64,000 nucleotides of DNA from Diplonema japonicum (lineage: Eukaryota; Protista; Euglenozoa: Diplonemea). Positions 1 to 10,772 of the stretch are shown here, in pieces; positions within the stretch are counted from its first letter, which is position 1; each line of letters opens with the position of its first letter. Under the pieces are notes generated by a model that saw only the letters and a list, made by a program, of their open reading frames with translations, made no database searches and was not told the DNA's origin. The stretch is taken from positions 496,001 to 560,000 of the forward strand of contig OZ025656.1 in the NCBI GenBank assembly GCA_964019335.1, given 5' to 3'. The translations under genes and the position numbers were made by a program.

Positions 1-669
1 GCCAAGGGGGATGTCTTAGCCGATCCGCTGAGGTACAACCTGAGGCATCGAAAGAACCAAAACCAACACGTGGATGTAATCAGGCAGGCCTGCAAAGCTT
101 GCGATCCCCAGAACACAGGCCATGTTTCCACTGCGGACATGGCGTCTGCTACTCTGCACATCTTCCTCAGCACGCTGCCCGACACGTGCTTCACTGCGCT
201 GAGTGTCCTGTACAACGACACAGCAGTGCCCCTCATGATCAACTACGAATCCCTGCTGCACGACATATCCCTTAACGAGATGGCGTACGCTACCCGCTGC
301 AGGGAGGAACCTATGTTCCACGACGAGTGCTGTCAGCTGCTGTCGTTACTATACAACAAATGGAACCTTCGCGGGCGACCGTCTGTTGTGGACGACAAAA
401 ACACGAAACTACGCCGTCCTGAAGAGATGCAGCAAAGGATCGCCCAGGTGCTGGGAATCAGAATCCCTGATGATCTGCTGAGCCTCTTTATGTGGCAAAT
501 CATTGATCCCACCCCAGCACCCCCTAGACTGTACGCCATGCCAACAGTTCTGCCAGACACAGCACGTGAGCTGCGTGAAAAGCTGCGAAAGCCACAGCCC
601 TTGATAGGGTCGCTCGAGGCCGTGCAGTCCATGCTAGAGGTAATGGACGAGAAGGTGTGGGGTTTTTAA
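1..669 (+). CDS. Hypothetical protein, 5'-partial (possible degenerate EF-hand)
   Basis: Frame is open from base 1 to the TAA at 667-669. DPQNTGHVS resembles an EF-hand loop. Confidence 0.6.
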   Translation, partial: AKGDVLADPLRYNLRHRKNQNQHVDVIRQACKACDPQNTGHVSTADMASATLHIFLSTLPDTCFTALSVLYNDTAVPLMINYESLLHDISLNEMAYATRCREEPMFHDECCQLLSLLYNKWNLRGRPSVVDDKNTKLRRPEEMQQRIAQVLGIRIPDDLLSLFMWQIIDPTPAPPRLYAMPTVLPDTARELREKLRKPQPLIGSLEAVQSMLEVMDEKVWGF

Positions 670-742
670 GTTTGTCTTCATCACTACCCCCCGACACGCA
701 CTACTTCAGAAATAGGGTTTTTGCAAAGGAAAAGAAAAAGAA

Positions 743-1347
743 ATGCTTCGCTTTTTAACCTGTGCACTGCTCTGTGCAGTGTCTGCTGCAGAGGTTGTTG
801 ATCTGACGTCGCTTAACTTCGACGCCATCGTGGAAGAGGAAAAGCTTGTGCTGGTGAAGTTCTACGCACCGTGGTGCGGGCACTGCAAGAGGCTTGCTCC
901 GGACTGGGAGAAGCTTGGTGAGGAGGTCAACGCTGACAAGGTAACCATCGCAAAGATCGACTGTACAGAGGTGGGTGATGTGTGCACGAAGTTCGGAGTG
1001 AACGGGTACCCCACCCTGAAGTTCTGGGCCAAGGACTCCAAGACACCCAGCGACTACCCGGGCGGCAGGTCCTTCGATGAGCTGAAGGATTTCATTGATG
1101 AGCAGCTCGGCGGTGGGTGCGGCCCTGACGACAGAGACGCTTGTGACGCCAAAGAGCTTGAGTACATTGACACCTGGAAGGCCAAGGGCTCTGACGCTGC
1201 GAAGGACGTATGTAACCCCATGCACATTCCAACACCCCCTACCCACAGGAACTCCACCGTCTCGAGGCAATGAAGTCCACCCGTGCTCGCACGGCCGACC
1301 AGCTTTCCTGGTACAAAGCCCGAACGAAGCTTCTCAGGAAGCTCTAA
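743..1347 (+). CDS. Protein disulfide isomerase / thioredoxin-domain secretory protein (2 exons)
   Basis: Signal peptide, FYAPWCGHCK and GYPTLKF motifs. Intron 1208-1248 (GTATG..CACAG) gives the C-terminus ELHRLEAMK...LLRKL*. Confidence 0.9.
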
Positions 1348-1495
1348 ACAGTGTCCCCCCCTCCCCCCCGTTACCCTTATAACGTGAACAATTGGCTTGT
1401 AACGGTCTGTTTTCACATAATCCTCCCCCGCCCACCTTCATGGTAGCTCCCGTAACATCCTCTTGTTCCCCGCCCCATTTTACATATATTCAACG

Positions 1496-4400
1496 ATGAC
1501 AACGATGAGCATGAACCACAGGAAGGGGGGGATGACGAAGAAGATCAGCGATGCGATGGTGGGGCGGATAGCAGGGAAGGTGGAAATGATGGTTCTGAAG
1601 AAGTGTGGGAAGCGTGTCGGGAAGGAGCAGAAGAGGAGGGTGAACGAGGACATCCGCGCGTTACTACAAACGAAGGGCGCGTTGGCGCACAAGGATCTCG
1701 CGAAGATAGCGGCGAGGATTGGAAAAGGGTTTACAGAGGAGTCCATGTTACTACCGCCGGTAAACCTTCCCTCGTCGTCTGACGTGAACACCGCAGTGAG
1801 AAGTGAGGTGGGAATAAATTCGAGTGAGATAGAGTCAATGAAGCCTACCCCGACAAATGTGTCCGAGAGGGATAGAGAATATTGGAGGTCAAGACAATCC
1901 CCCGCAAGCCAGTGGGCGACGGGCATCAGCAACGACATACGTACATTCAAAACGGAACAAGCTGAATACCAAACGAAGCTGCGGAACGCTGCATTGCAAC
2001 ATCGTGCAGACCTCGATGCACAGATCCGTGAAAGAAAAGAAGCGGCGCTTCGTGAAAAAGACGAGGAAGAGAGGTACGTGACAAACGTGCAGTCGGCCGC
2101 GCGAACCTCCAACGAGGTGCATCAGAAAGCCGCAGAGCAAAGAAAGCAAGAGTGGACCACGAAGAGGGAGACTCAGCAGAGAGAGATGAACGATTTCCTT
2201 GAACAGAAGAAAACCAAGCTTCAACACGAGCTCCAGGAGGACCGTGCCCAAGCCGACGTCATTAACCAGCAGATTGTAACGGAGCGGCAGTGTGAGTTGG
2301 AGTATGCTAGAGAGGGGGGAAACAAAACAAAAACAATAGCTATTTACTGCCAACAAGTAATGACTTTACCGTTACCTCGAGGTTCCGCATTTTACCGTCG
2401 AGGGCCCGCAGGGCCCGAGATGGTAAAATGCGGAACCGAGAGGTCGGTAAAGCATTACTTGGCGGTAGGTAAGTGGTTTTATTTCACGACACTCTGAAAT
2501 TACTTCACCACGAGGGGCACAACAGGGTGACAAGGGGTACAACAAGAGAGGGGTTACAAAGGTTACAATACACGTTGTTTTTCCACCAAGGGAACACTGG
2601 GTTCGGATAATCAAAAGTCACAACGACAAAAATGCCACCGCAAGGCCGAGGTGGAGCCTCCACGACGGCGGTTCCTGGGCGGGCTTCCTCTCATAAGGGG
2701 AAGTCCGGCGAATCCACCAGGCCGAAGACGAGGGAAGCGGTGCAGGATCTAGCCAATAGGCTGGAGGGTTGGAAGGTGATAGACACCGGAAGAAGGCAGG
2801 GAGACTGCTTCTTCGAGGCGGTGTCGTACGCGGTGCACGGCGCGAGGGACGAGGCGGGGGCGCTGCGGGAGGTGGTGGCCTCTCATCTGGCGGGGAAGGA
2901 CTACTCCTCCTTCATGGTGGAGGAAGGGGAGAAGGCTGCGGCGTGGAAGGAGTACCAGAGGCTGGTAGCTCTTTCGGGAACGTGGGCGGACAGGTGACGG
3001 TCAGCACGATGTCCGTGGTGATGGGACGCAGGATCTGTGTCTTTGCTGTAAGGGATGACGTCCTCACCCTGAGCTGCTTCGAGCCGGGGAGTAGGAATGA
3101 GGTACCAGACACGGCCACGCTATGGCTGGGCTATGTGGAGGGCCACTACGTCTGCGCGGTGAAAGGGGAGGACTCGAAGATGCCTACCACTACAGCGTAT
3201 GTGCCGCCGGTGAGGATCCCACTCCCCATCCGCAGCGAGGGCGCGAAGGACGGGAAGAAGAAGGAGCAGGGCAAGCCGGCACGCAAGGCCATCATCGCTT
3301 GCCTTGCCGAGGACGAGTGGCCCGTGCGCGTGCGGGAGTGGGAAGGGGCGGAGACACAGCCGGAGCGGGCGGTGTACCTTGTCCCGCAAGGCTCTGAACG
3401 GCTGGCAGCGGAGTGGCTAAGGGGCGCGCCGGCTGCAACGGTCGTTTCGTGGGGACGTCTCCCCTACTTCTGCGGCGAGGAGGCTGAGATCCTTCTGAGC
3501 ACGAACGAAGGGCGCGGGAAGACGTGCAGACGCCTGCAGGTGACATCCCGCAATGGTCACCCTGCGATGCCGGACGCAAACAAGGAGGAGATGGAGGAAG
3601 AGGAGGAGCTGGAGGAGCCGGAGACCTGCACCTCGGAACTCTATCTGGTTGCTCAAACATCGCTGGACGCCGAGAAGGCCAGGTCGAGAGTATTGACATG
3701 GCTGAGGGAGAGAGCAGGGCGGTACCTCACCAAGAGAGGCAGGAAGCGGGACGGCGTTTTCGAGGTCCCAATCACGGTGATGAAGACCGATGTCCAGTCG
3801 ATCCTCATGCGCAGTGGCGAGGACGGCGTGTTTGTGCGCCAACCGTGGGAAGCACGCGACCTCCTGCCGGTTTTGTGGCTGGAGGGCACGGCACTGAAAG
3901 CGGCACTGCTATTCAGGCGTGAAGTGTGCGGATGGGGACTGACCTTCAAGAAGTCGGGCAAGTCCGTCGTCTACGGGGTAAGGGTACCGAAAGCCGAGCT
4001 TGACACAGCAAGGCGGGTGCTCAAAGACCGACATGCCGATCTGAAGGTGACAGCGACAGCAGCGACACTGCTCGACGGCGAGCACTATGAGGTACAAGGG
4101 GTGCCCTCTTCGATGAACGGCCTCGAGCTGGAAGACCGCTTGAAACGGTCGGGATGGCCGGTCACGGTGAGGAAGAGGCTGCATAGGTTTGGCGAAAAAC
4201 AATCCTGGGCCGTGACTTCGTGCTCGAAACCGAGAGGTCTGGTTCTGAATGTCCAGGGCACGCGTTGGACCATCCAGCCGCTGGAGGGTGACCTGCAGAA
4301 GAAGAAGAAGAACAAGAAGGGCGCGAGTGACAGTAATAAGGCCGTATTCACATTGCCGCCGAACGCCATATGGGGCAGACAAGCCGGGCAGGCGAACCCA

Positions 4401-7400
4401 TCATCCGCGCCTACACCTGCGCCAGTGTCGGACACGCAGGCGTCAACACACCACGCTGCGTCAACACCTGCACTCAACGCCGGTAGCCGAGGCTCTACCC
4501 CCACCGAACGCGCCAGCACCTGCTACGAAAACGATGGCGTCTGTCGACGCTTTCGAGGAGTGGGCGCGGAAGAAAGAGCTGGAGCACGAGCAGGAGAGGA
4601 AAGCGATGGAAGCGAGAGTGGTGGACATGGAGAGGAAGGCTGCCGCGACCATCTCGCTAGTGAAGTCGATGGAGCAGAACATGCAAGCTCTCGGCAGGCA
4701 GATGGAGATGGTAACAACACGTCTCGAGAAGTTGGATGCGGTGGCTGTGGCGGTGTCCGAGCTGGTTAAGACTGTCCAGTCTATCCAGCAGGACATCCAG
4801 ACTGCGAAGCGCACGGACAAGAAGAGGAAGTGCGACGACACGACGACCAGCAAGAAGGCACATTCGGGTGCCCTTGTCCCCACGAGTGCAACGGGTTCGA
4901 TGACACCGATATACCTGCCCGGCGGCACACCGACATGTGCGGCCACACCTGACGTGCACATGGCCATAGCTAACACTATGACCCCCATCCTACCAATCGA
5001 ACATGACCCTGACGAGTTCAACTGAAGGGACGCCAGCCATGAAGACATCCGGAGGGACATCTTCATGGGTGGAGCTAGGGACCCCAATTCGCTCACAATC
5101 ACAACTCTCAATGTGGGGTCCCTGAGCAATAAGGTGGACGAGGTGTTGGCCATGGAGAGCGACATCTCGTGCTTGCAGGAAGTGAAGCTGACCGCACACG
5201 ACAACACATGATTGGGAGGCATGTTGAGGACAACGGCAGGTATCGTGCGCTGTGGGGAAACCCACAGCCCGGTATCGTGGTCGATGGACTTGCTGCTCCC
5301 GACAAAGCACAAAGAGGTGAGTCGGCATACTAGTACAGCGGTGCAGGCCGGCGATAGTCAAAGCAGTCGCTTCGATGGACGACGGCAACAGGTGGGTCCA
5401 TGCTATGATCAACTTGGACGGACGAGACATGTGGCTCCACCTCATTGTGGTATATTGCCACTCGGGAAGTTACGGCAAACACCAGCGTGAGACACTTTTG
5501 AACAAGGTGCTGAACGATGAGATGTGCCCTGGGAGATGTTCCTATCATCGTCGCGGGGGACCTAAACACCGAGGTGTCGCAATCAGGTGTACTACAGCAG
5601 GCGGTTGGGTGTGACTGGGTGGATGCAGCAGCAATGCAGGCCGAGAAAGACGGGGTAAGGCCGAGCCACACCTTTGTGAGGAGAGCCACTGACACAAAGA
5701 CACGCATCGACTACGTCTTGATGAACCCGATCGCTGCGGCGGGACTACAGAAGGCGTGGGTCCACGACACGGTGTATACCAACGAACACAGATGCCTCTC
5801 CATCAAACTGTGTATCCCTACTCTCAAGAGCAAGACACGCAAGTACTTCATCCCGAAGGAATTGCCGGTGTCGACTGCTAGTGATGACCACGTGATTGAG
5901 CTGCTACAGGCGGAGAGATTCATCCAAAAGCTTGAGGACATCGACGGCGCATACCGTGTGCTGGCTGACGTCTCGGAAAGACACTGCATCACAGGCGTGC
6001 CGATGGAGCAACAGAAGACTTTCCGAGGGAGGGGCGAGGAGCGCAAACCCAAGGAGAAATGCCTGTCGGCCAAGTCTGTAAAGGAAGCCACGGGCGCAGC
6101 GGTGGGTAGACAGAAGTCGATTGCCTGTTTGCAGAGGAAGCTTGCACACATCAGCGCGGAAATCCAGGTGATGATTGACAAGGGACAAGTGTGCAACATG
6201 CCAGTAGTTCTGTTGAAGACTTGGGCGAATGCTCTGAGTTTGCTGGAGAAACTGCCGAACCCTCCAGTATTTGATAGGAACTTGCTGAAGGATGACCTGG
6301 AGTCGATTGTCACCAGACTTCAACTGCTAGACGACAACCTCTCCTCGCTACTACGCGAGATCGCAAAGGACACGAGAGTGGAGCGGGAGAAGAAGTACGA
6401 GGCGAGGATCAACACCCAGTTCCAGGAGGAGCGGAGGGGGATGACCGCCTTTGTGAAAAACACTTCTACGTCAGCGGCGCAGGCAGTGGAGAGCGGCGGA
6501 GTGCTGACCGCAGACCTCGACGAGATGGACAGGATGATGCACGCGGAATGGGACGGCGTGCTCCAGATGTACGGTGAAGGGCATGAAGAACCATCGTACG
6601 AGGCTTTCAAGGCTAGATACGGGCCATACATCTCGACGCATGACATGGTGCTCCAGCCACTGACAGGGGCTGATCTGAGAGCAGTTCTGGCCAAGAAATC
6701 GACGAGGACAGCACCGGGAGTTGATGGGTGGAGGATGGCAGAACTTCGCGCTATGCCAAATGTATTGTTGGATGCGTGGGCGATGCTCTTCAACGCCATC
6801 GAGGTGACAGGGAAGTGGCCGAAGGCACTCCTGACGGCGTTGGTTACGCTGATCCCGAAGGGAGGCGAGAGGACTCCGCTCAACCACCGCCCCATCACAG
6901 TCACGAGTGCGGTCTACAGACTGTGGGCCTGTGCCAGGTTGCGTGATATATCGCCATGGCAAGAGAAATGGGCGGACGACTCGCAGCATGGTTTTCGACC
7001 ACGTCACGGGACGGACAGCATCCTGATGGAGCTCAGCACGCAGCTGGAGACGGCGATGCTGACCAACACCCCTCTTAACGGCATAGCACTGGACTTCGTC
7101 AAGTGCTTCGACAGGGTGCCACAGAAAGTAGCGTTCGGGCTTATGCAAGACCTGGGTTTGCACCAGAGGATACTGACCCCGCTCAAAGCGATGTACGCAG
7201 GCCTCAAAAGACGTTTCCGCTTCCCTACTGGCGTGGGTTCCGAGTTCCACGTGACAAATGGAATTCTCCAAGGGTGTCCAATCTCCGTCGTGACGGACGT
7301 CAACTTCCTGCCTGCGTACCATCTTAGGCTTTTCAGCCACCTGAGGACGCTCTTTATGTAGAACATTAGGACCTTTCCCGACGCTCCGTTCGATTTCAAC

Positions 7401-10400
7401 AGCTCCACTGTGGGCACAGTGTGCTGCTTCCCCGTTGTGATCTCATCCCACGGGTTGGTGGTGAGGATCCTGGTGCTCCGTTCAGCCGCTCTGGCGTCTC
7501 GTCTTGTCACGACATCCAACAGGTATCGTTGCACGACTGCCGCCTGTTGCTTCGCAGCCTCCGTTGCGCCTCTTGGAATGATCCCGTGGAGGGCGGTCAC
7601 TGCAGGTAGGTCACTTCGTGTCATCCCGCCATATCTTTCGTTTGTCAGGGCAGCTCTCGCTGGTGCACATTCCCATAGGGCGTGCTCCGTGACTTCTGTC
7701 GTCGTCTGGCATCGATGGTCGCAGACGTCGCACGCAAGAGACGAGCTTTCCACACCCACGTTCATCCAATTGCTTCCCCCACACTCGAGGGTGTACCGTG
7801 AACACTGCACCGCTGATGATCCGCCGCAGTCTGTACGATATCAGCGGTCTCCGTGACTGGAGCTTCCTCCACCAGGCGTTCGTGGACGGACATGCACCCG
7901 CTTCCATTCCAGCAAAAGACGACCTGCCGTGGATCAATTCCTTTGCAACAGCCGGTCTGATCGCCTGTCTTACTTCATGGCGTCTCGCACTGGGCACCAG
8001 AGCGCGCAAACCTTCAATGAAGGACCACCCCTTGTTCAGGAAGGGTAGCCACCTCTTCAGCGAGACCCCTAGCGGCCCCCTCTCCTCGTCGTCCTCTCGC
8101 TCCCGGTACAGTGTAACAATCTCATTGACTCGCTGCCACAGCTGTGGGGAGGTGAGGCTTTCTCGCACCAGGCAGTTCACCGTGTTGTAAACAATCTTCG
8201 CTTGTGGATATGTTGTGTGTCCAGGTAACAGCACATTGAGCACAGCCATCGGGGATCTCATCCTGAAGCGCGGTCCCCACAGGGAAGTCACCGTCGCTGT
8301 ACAGAGCTTCTTCAGCTGGTTGTCAGACGGCGCAGCGTAGGTCGTACATAGACAGGATGGTAGCACAGTGCCCGTCAGCATTGACGCCTTGTTCCCGAAG
8401 CTTAATGGCAATGCACCAAGCCGGGACAAACGGCCTTCGGCGGAATGTAGCTTGTCCAAACTATGTTTCCCGTTCATGTTCAGGATCACGCCAAGCGCCT
8501 TGATCCCCTTCGTCACTCTGAACGATGAGCCTGTGCACTTCAACCAAGGGCCGATCTCATCCTTCGTCGAGAATGCTTGTGACTTGCTTTCGTTAAGGCG
8601 CATGCCTGTCCGCTCGCAAAACTCGATTGTTTTGTTGGTCGCTCTCTTGAGTACCTCGACCAAACGCGCAAGTAGGTACGCGTCGTCCGCGTACGACAGC
8701 GATCGCGAGCCAGGTACCTCAGCAATCACGCACTTCACCATCACTGACACCAGAGCGTATGGAGCTCGCAGTAGACTATGAGCAGGCCACCCGGCAGTCC
8801 TTGGCTGGACCCCTCGACGACCAGGACTGGCTCACAGAGAAGGCTGGAAGGATGCGATACATCTTAGGACGTATTCAGAAATGCACAGCAAAGAGTGGGA
8901 AGAATGCTTTCCCCGCCAACGCAAAGACAAGGGTACACACCCTTCGACATCTTGGGGGCCCGACGACACACGGCTACGACAGGAGACCACTCTTCTCCTC
9001 GAGCCAAACCGCCCCCTACCTAGCACGACTCCAAGCAATGTTTCTCGCCCAGATGCCGTCCATCTCATCGCGACAAACAGCCACAGCAGGCACCAGACAG
9101 CAACCGCAGAACGGTGACCGATTAGTGTGAATTTCTCCCTGAACGGTGAGCACCCACCCGCACACCGAAATTTATCAAATTTTTCCTCCTTTTGTTGACT
9201 AAGAGCTGCCGCTGTCACTGGCATTGCCACTGTCACCATCTCTAATCAGGCCTTCCCATACCTAGCGCGGCCACTGGCTCCTTTTTTTCTGCTGCTTCGG
9301 TATTTTGAAGTCTTTTGGGGTGCTTGGGTAAGCTGACTAAGTTACCCTTACCCACAGAAGAGTTACCGACAGAAACTGGGAACAAGGCCTAGCCAAAAGT
9401 GGGCAAATTGGGAGGAAATAGTCCAACTTGGAACTGAGCCGAGGCAAAAGTTGGCCAATTGAACTGAACCTGGGGGGAAATAGCAAACTGAGAGGAAAAA
9501 GTAGCCCCACTGGGAACCGAACCGAGGCAAAAATTGGCCTACCGAGGCATTTTATTTAACGGAAACCCCCTATTACTTCACGGAAAACAGGCCATTATTT
9601 CACCGTGAAGTAATGAGATTTAGCGTGAAGTAATGGGCCCCCCAGTGCGTGAAGTAATTTCTGAAGAGTGAAATAAAAACAAAACAAAAAATAGAAAACG
9701 GCTGTCGAAGCGTAACGAGGTACAACGGTTGGGAAAATTACTAGAACAGAAAGAACTCAGGTAATCCATCCTCCCCCCCCCCCTTTTTTTGCCAAAATTA
9801 TAATCAATCGCAGCAACCGAGAAACACAGAAGAAGTACAAAGAACTTGACAGGCTAGCTTCGCTACAGCACTTAAGCATACTAGAGAGGTGTGTTCGCGG
9901 TTCTCCCCCCCTTTTTTTTCTTCCTCTACTTCCCCTCATTTTACAGGAGGGACAACGAAAGGAATGAAGTAAGGGAGCGCAGGCAACAAGCGTTCAACAA
10001 GCACCAGGCGATGGTGGACGGAATGGCGGGTTTAATGTGCCAGAAAGGGGGTAAAAACTGGATAGAAGAGGATGACGTACTAGCAGAGAGGAAGCAGCAT
10101 GAGAAGATCAAGGAAACTATGATCTCAGAAAGGGGAGCCACTCACCGTGCACGGGCAGAACGAGCTGCATTAACTCGCGCGGACCTGGATAGGCAAATCG
10201 AAGAGAAGCAGAGATTGCAGGCTGATGAAAAGGCTAGAGAGAAGACTGTCCATGACCAGCTGCTACGGCACCTTCGCCGTGTTGAGGAGAAAGAGTCCGA
10301 GAGGCAGTCCCACAGAAAGCAGGTCGAAGCCGAACACAAGAAAACCCTTGACCAGCAAATCCTCGTCAAGAAGCAACACCGGGTCTATAAGAGAGTAATA

Positions 10401-10430
10401 CCCTCCACACCGTGCACCGCTTGTTCTTAA
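1496..10430 (+). CDS. Coiled-coil protein (ciliary/trichoplein-like composition) whose first intron carries a 7.3-kb insertion
   Basis: Exons 1496-2301, 9695-9760, 9814-9888 and 9947-10430 join in frame through GT-AG introns (all phase 2). Repeated LDxQI coiled-coil motifs occur in both halves. A possible extra exon lies at 2340-2468. Confidence 0.75.
2320..2339 (+). repeat. Left target-site-like duplication of the intron 3' end (partner 9677-9694)
   Basis: AAACAAAACAAAAACAATAG versus AAACAAAACAAAAAATAG; both end in an AG acceptor. Confidence 0.7.
2341..2471. repeat. ~130-nt imperfect palindrome (long hairpin)
   Basis: GGTTCCGCATTTTACCGTC (2381-2399) pairs with GATGGTAAAATGCGGAACC (2419-2437). 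Outer arms are AAGTAATG(A)CTTTACCG/CGGTAAAGCATTACTT and TATTTACTGCCAA/TTGGCGGTAGGTA. Confidence 0.9.
2632..5025 (+). pseudogene. Retroelement N-terminal region: OTU cysteine protease, RRM-like region and coiled coil (frameshifts at ~2990 and ~4480)
   Basis: QGDCFFEAVS...GTWAD in one frame continues as QVTVSTMS..RRICVF..LWLGYVEGHY in the next frame. A heptad-rich segment lies at 4535-4810. Confidence 0.8.
5065..7292 (+). pseudogene. Retroelement AP endonuclease and N-terminal half of the reverse transcriptase
   Basis: Runs from SLTITTLNVGSL..ISCLQEVKL (TGA at 5209-5211, frameshifts up to ~5520) to NGILQGCPISVV, where homology stops abruptly. Confidence 0.9.
7289..8758 (-). pseudogene. Inverted internal segment: RT C-terminal half (YADD), thumb and CCHC zinc finger
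   Basis: The minus strand reads ALVSVMVK..SYADDAYL..GMRLNESKS..LGV and, after a frameshift at ~7780, CDVC..HALWEC..LRWYAGRKLTSVT. Confidence 0.9.
8759..9130 (+). pseudogene. Retroelement C-terminal domain (original orientation)
   Basis: MELAVDYEQAT..FPA..RVHTL..GG..GYDRRPLFSS aligns with AELALDFEETT..FPA..RVKSL..GG..GFNRRPIFAS of the second element. Confidence 0.85.
9374..9548. repeat. Degenerate tandem repeats inside the TIR element
   Basis: Recurrent ACTGGGAAC, CCGAGGCAAAA.TTGGCC and GAGGAAATAG motifs. Confidence 0.6.
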
Positions 10431-10772
10431 AAAAAAGAAAAATGAAAAATAATGGGAAAAAAAAAGAATCCTCTCCTAAAGTCTAAATTATTTGGTAGTC
10501 CCCTCCACTCCCCCCTCGTGTCAAAACTTCCGTTTTGGCGAATCCTTTTTTTCTTCTTTGTCTTCCTGCTTCATTTTTTTTTATTAGTCCCACTGGGGGT
10601 ACCTAGGGCCGCACCACAAAATACTGCGCTCGACGTAAGTGCCCTCGCACCTAGAAAGACGTCACTTTTTTTTTTCTCCCTGATTTTTTTTGTTTTTTTC
10701 CACTTCATGTTTTGAAAGCGATTAGAAAAGGCGGAGGGAGGCGGGGCGGGAAGAAAAAAGAAGGGGGAAATA

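Larger units (their letters stand above)
2510..9190 (+). mobile_element. Near full-length, decayed non-LTR retrotransposon: OTU - ORF1-like - coiled coil - APE - RT - CCHC - C-terminal domain, with an internal inversion
   Basis: APE motifs TLNVGS, CLQE, AGDLN, RIDY and EH. RT motifs APGVDG, LIPK, RPIT, QHGFR, DFVKCFD, QGCPIS and YADD. Contains frameshifts and stops; ends are approximate. Confidence 0.9.
2477..9678. mobile_element. TIR-bounded non-autonomous (MITE/introner-like) element that contains the retrotransposon
   Basis: TTTTATTTCACGACACTCTGAAATTACTTCAC (2477-2508) is an imperfect inverted copy of GTGAAGTAATTTCTGAAGAGTGAAATAAAA (9649-9678). Subterminal GTGAAGTAAT motifs repeat at 9570-9660. 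No transposase seen. Confidence 0.65.

Noticed and set aside
5023-5211. TGA read as Trp (alternative genetic code)
   Set aside because: In-frame TGAs occur only in a decayed element that also has frameshifts, and host genes use TGA as a normal stop.
7004-8750. A second, independent retroelement inserted antisense
   Set aside because: The segment supplies exactly the missing middle of the surrounding element, so it is an inversion.
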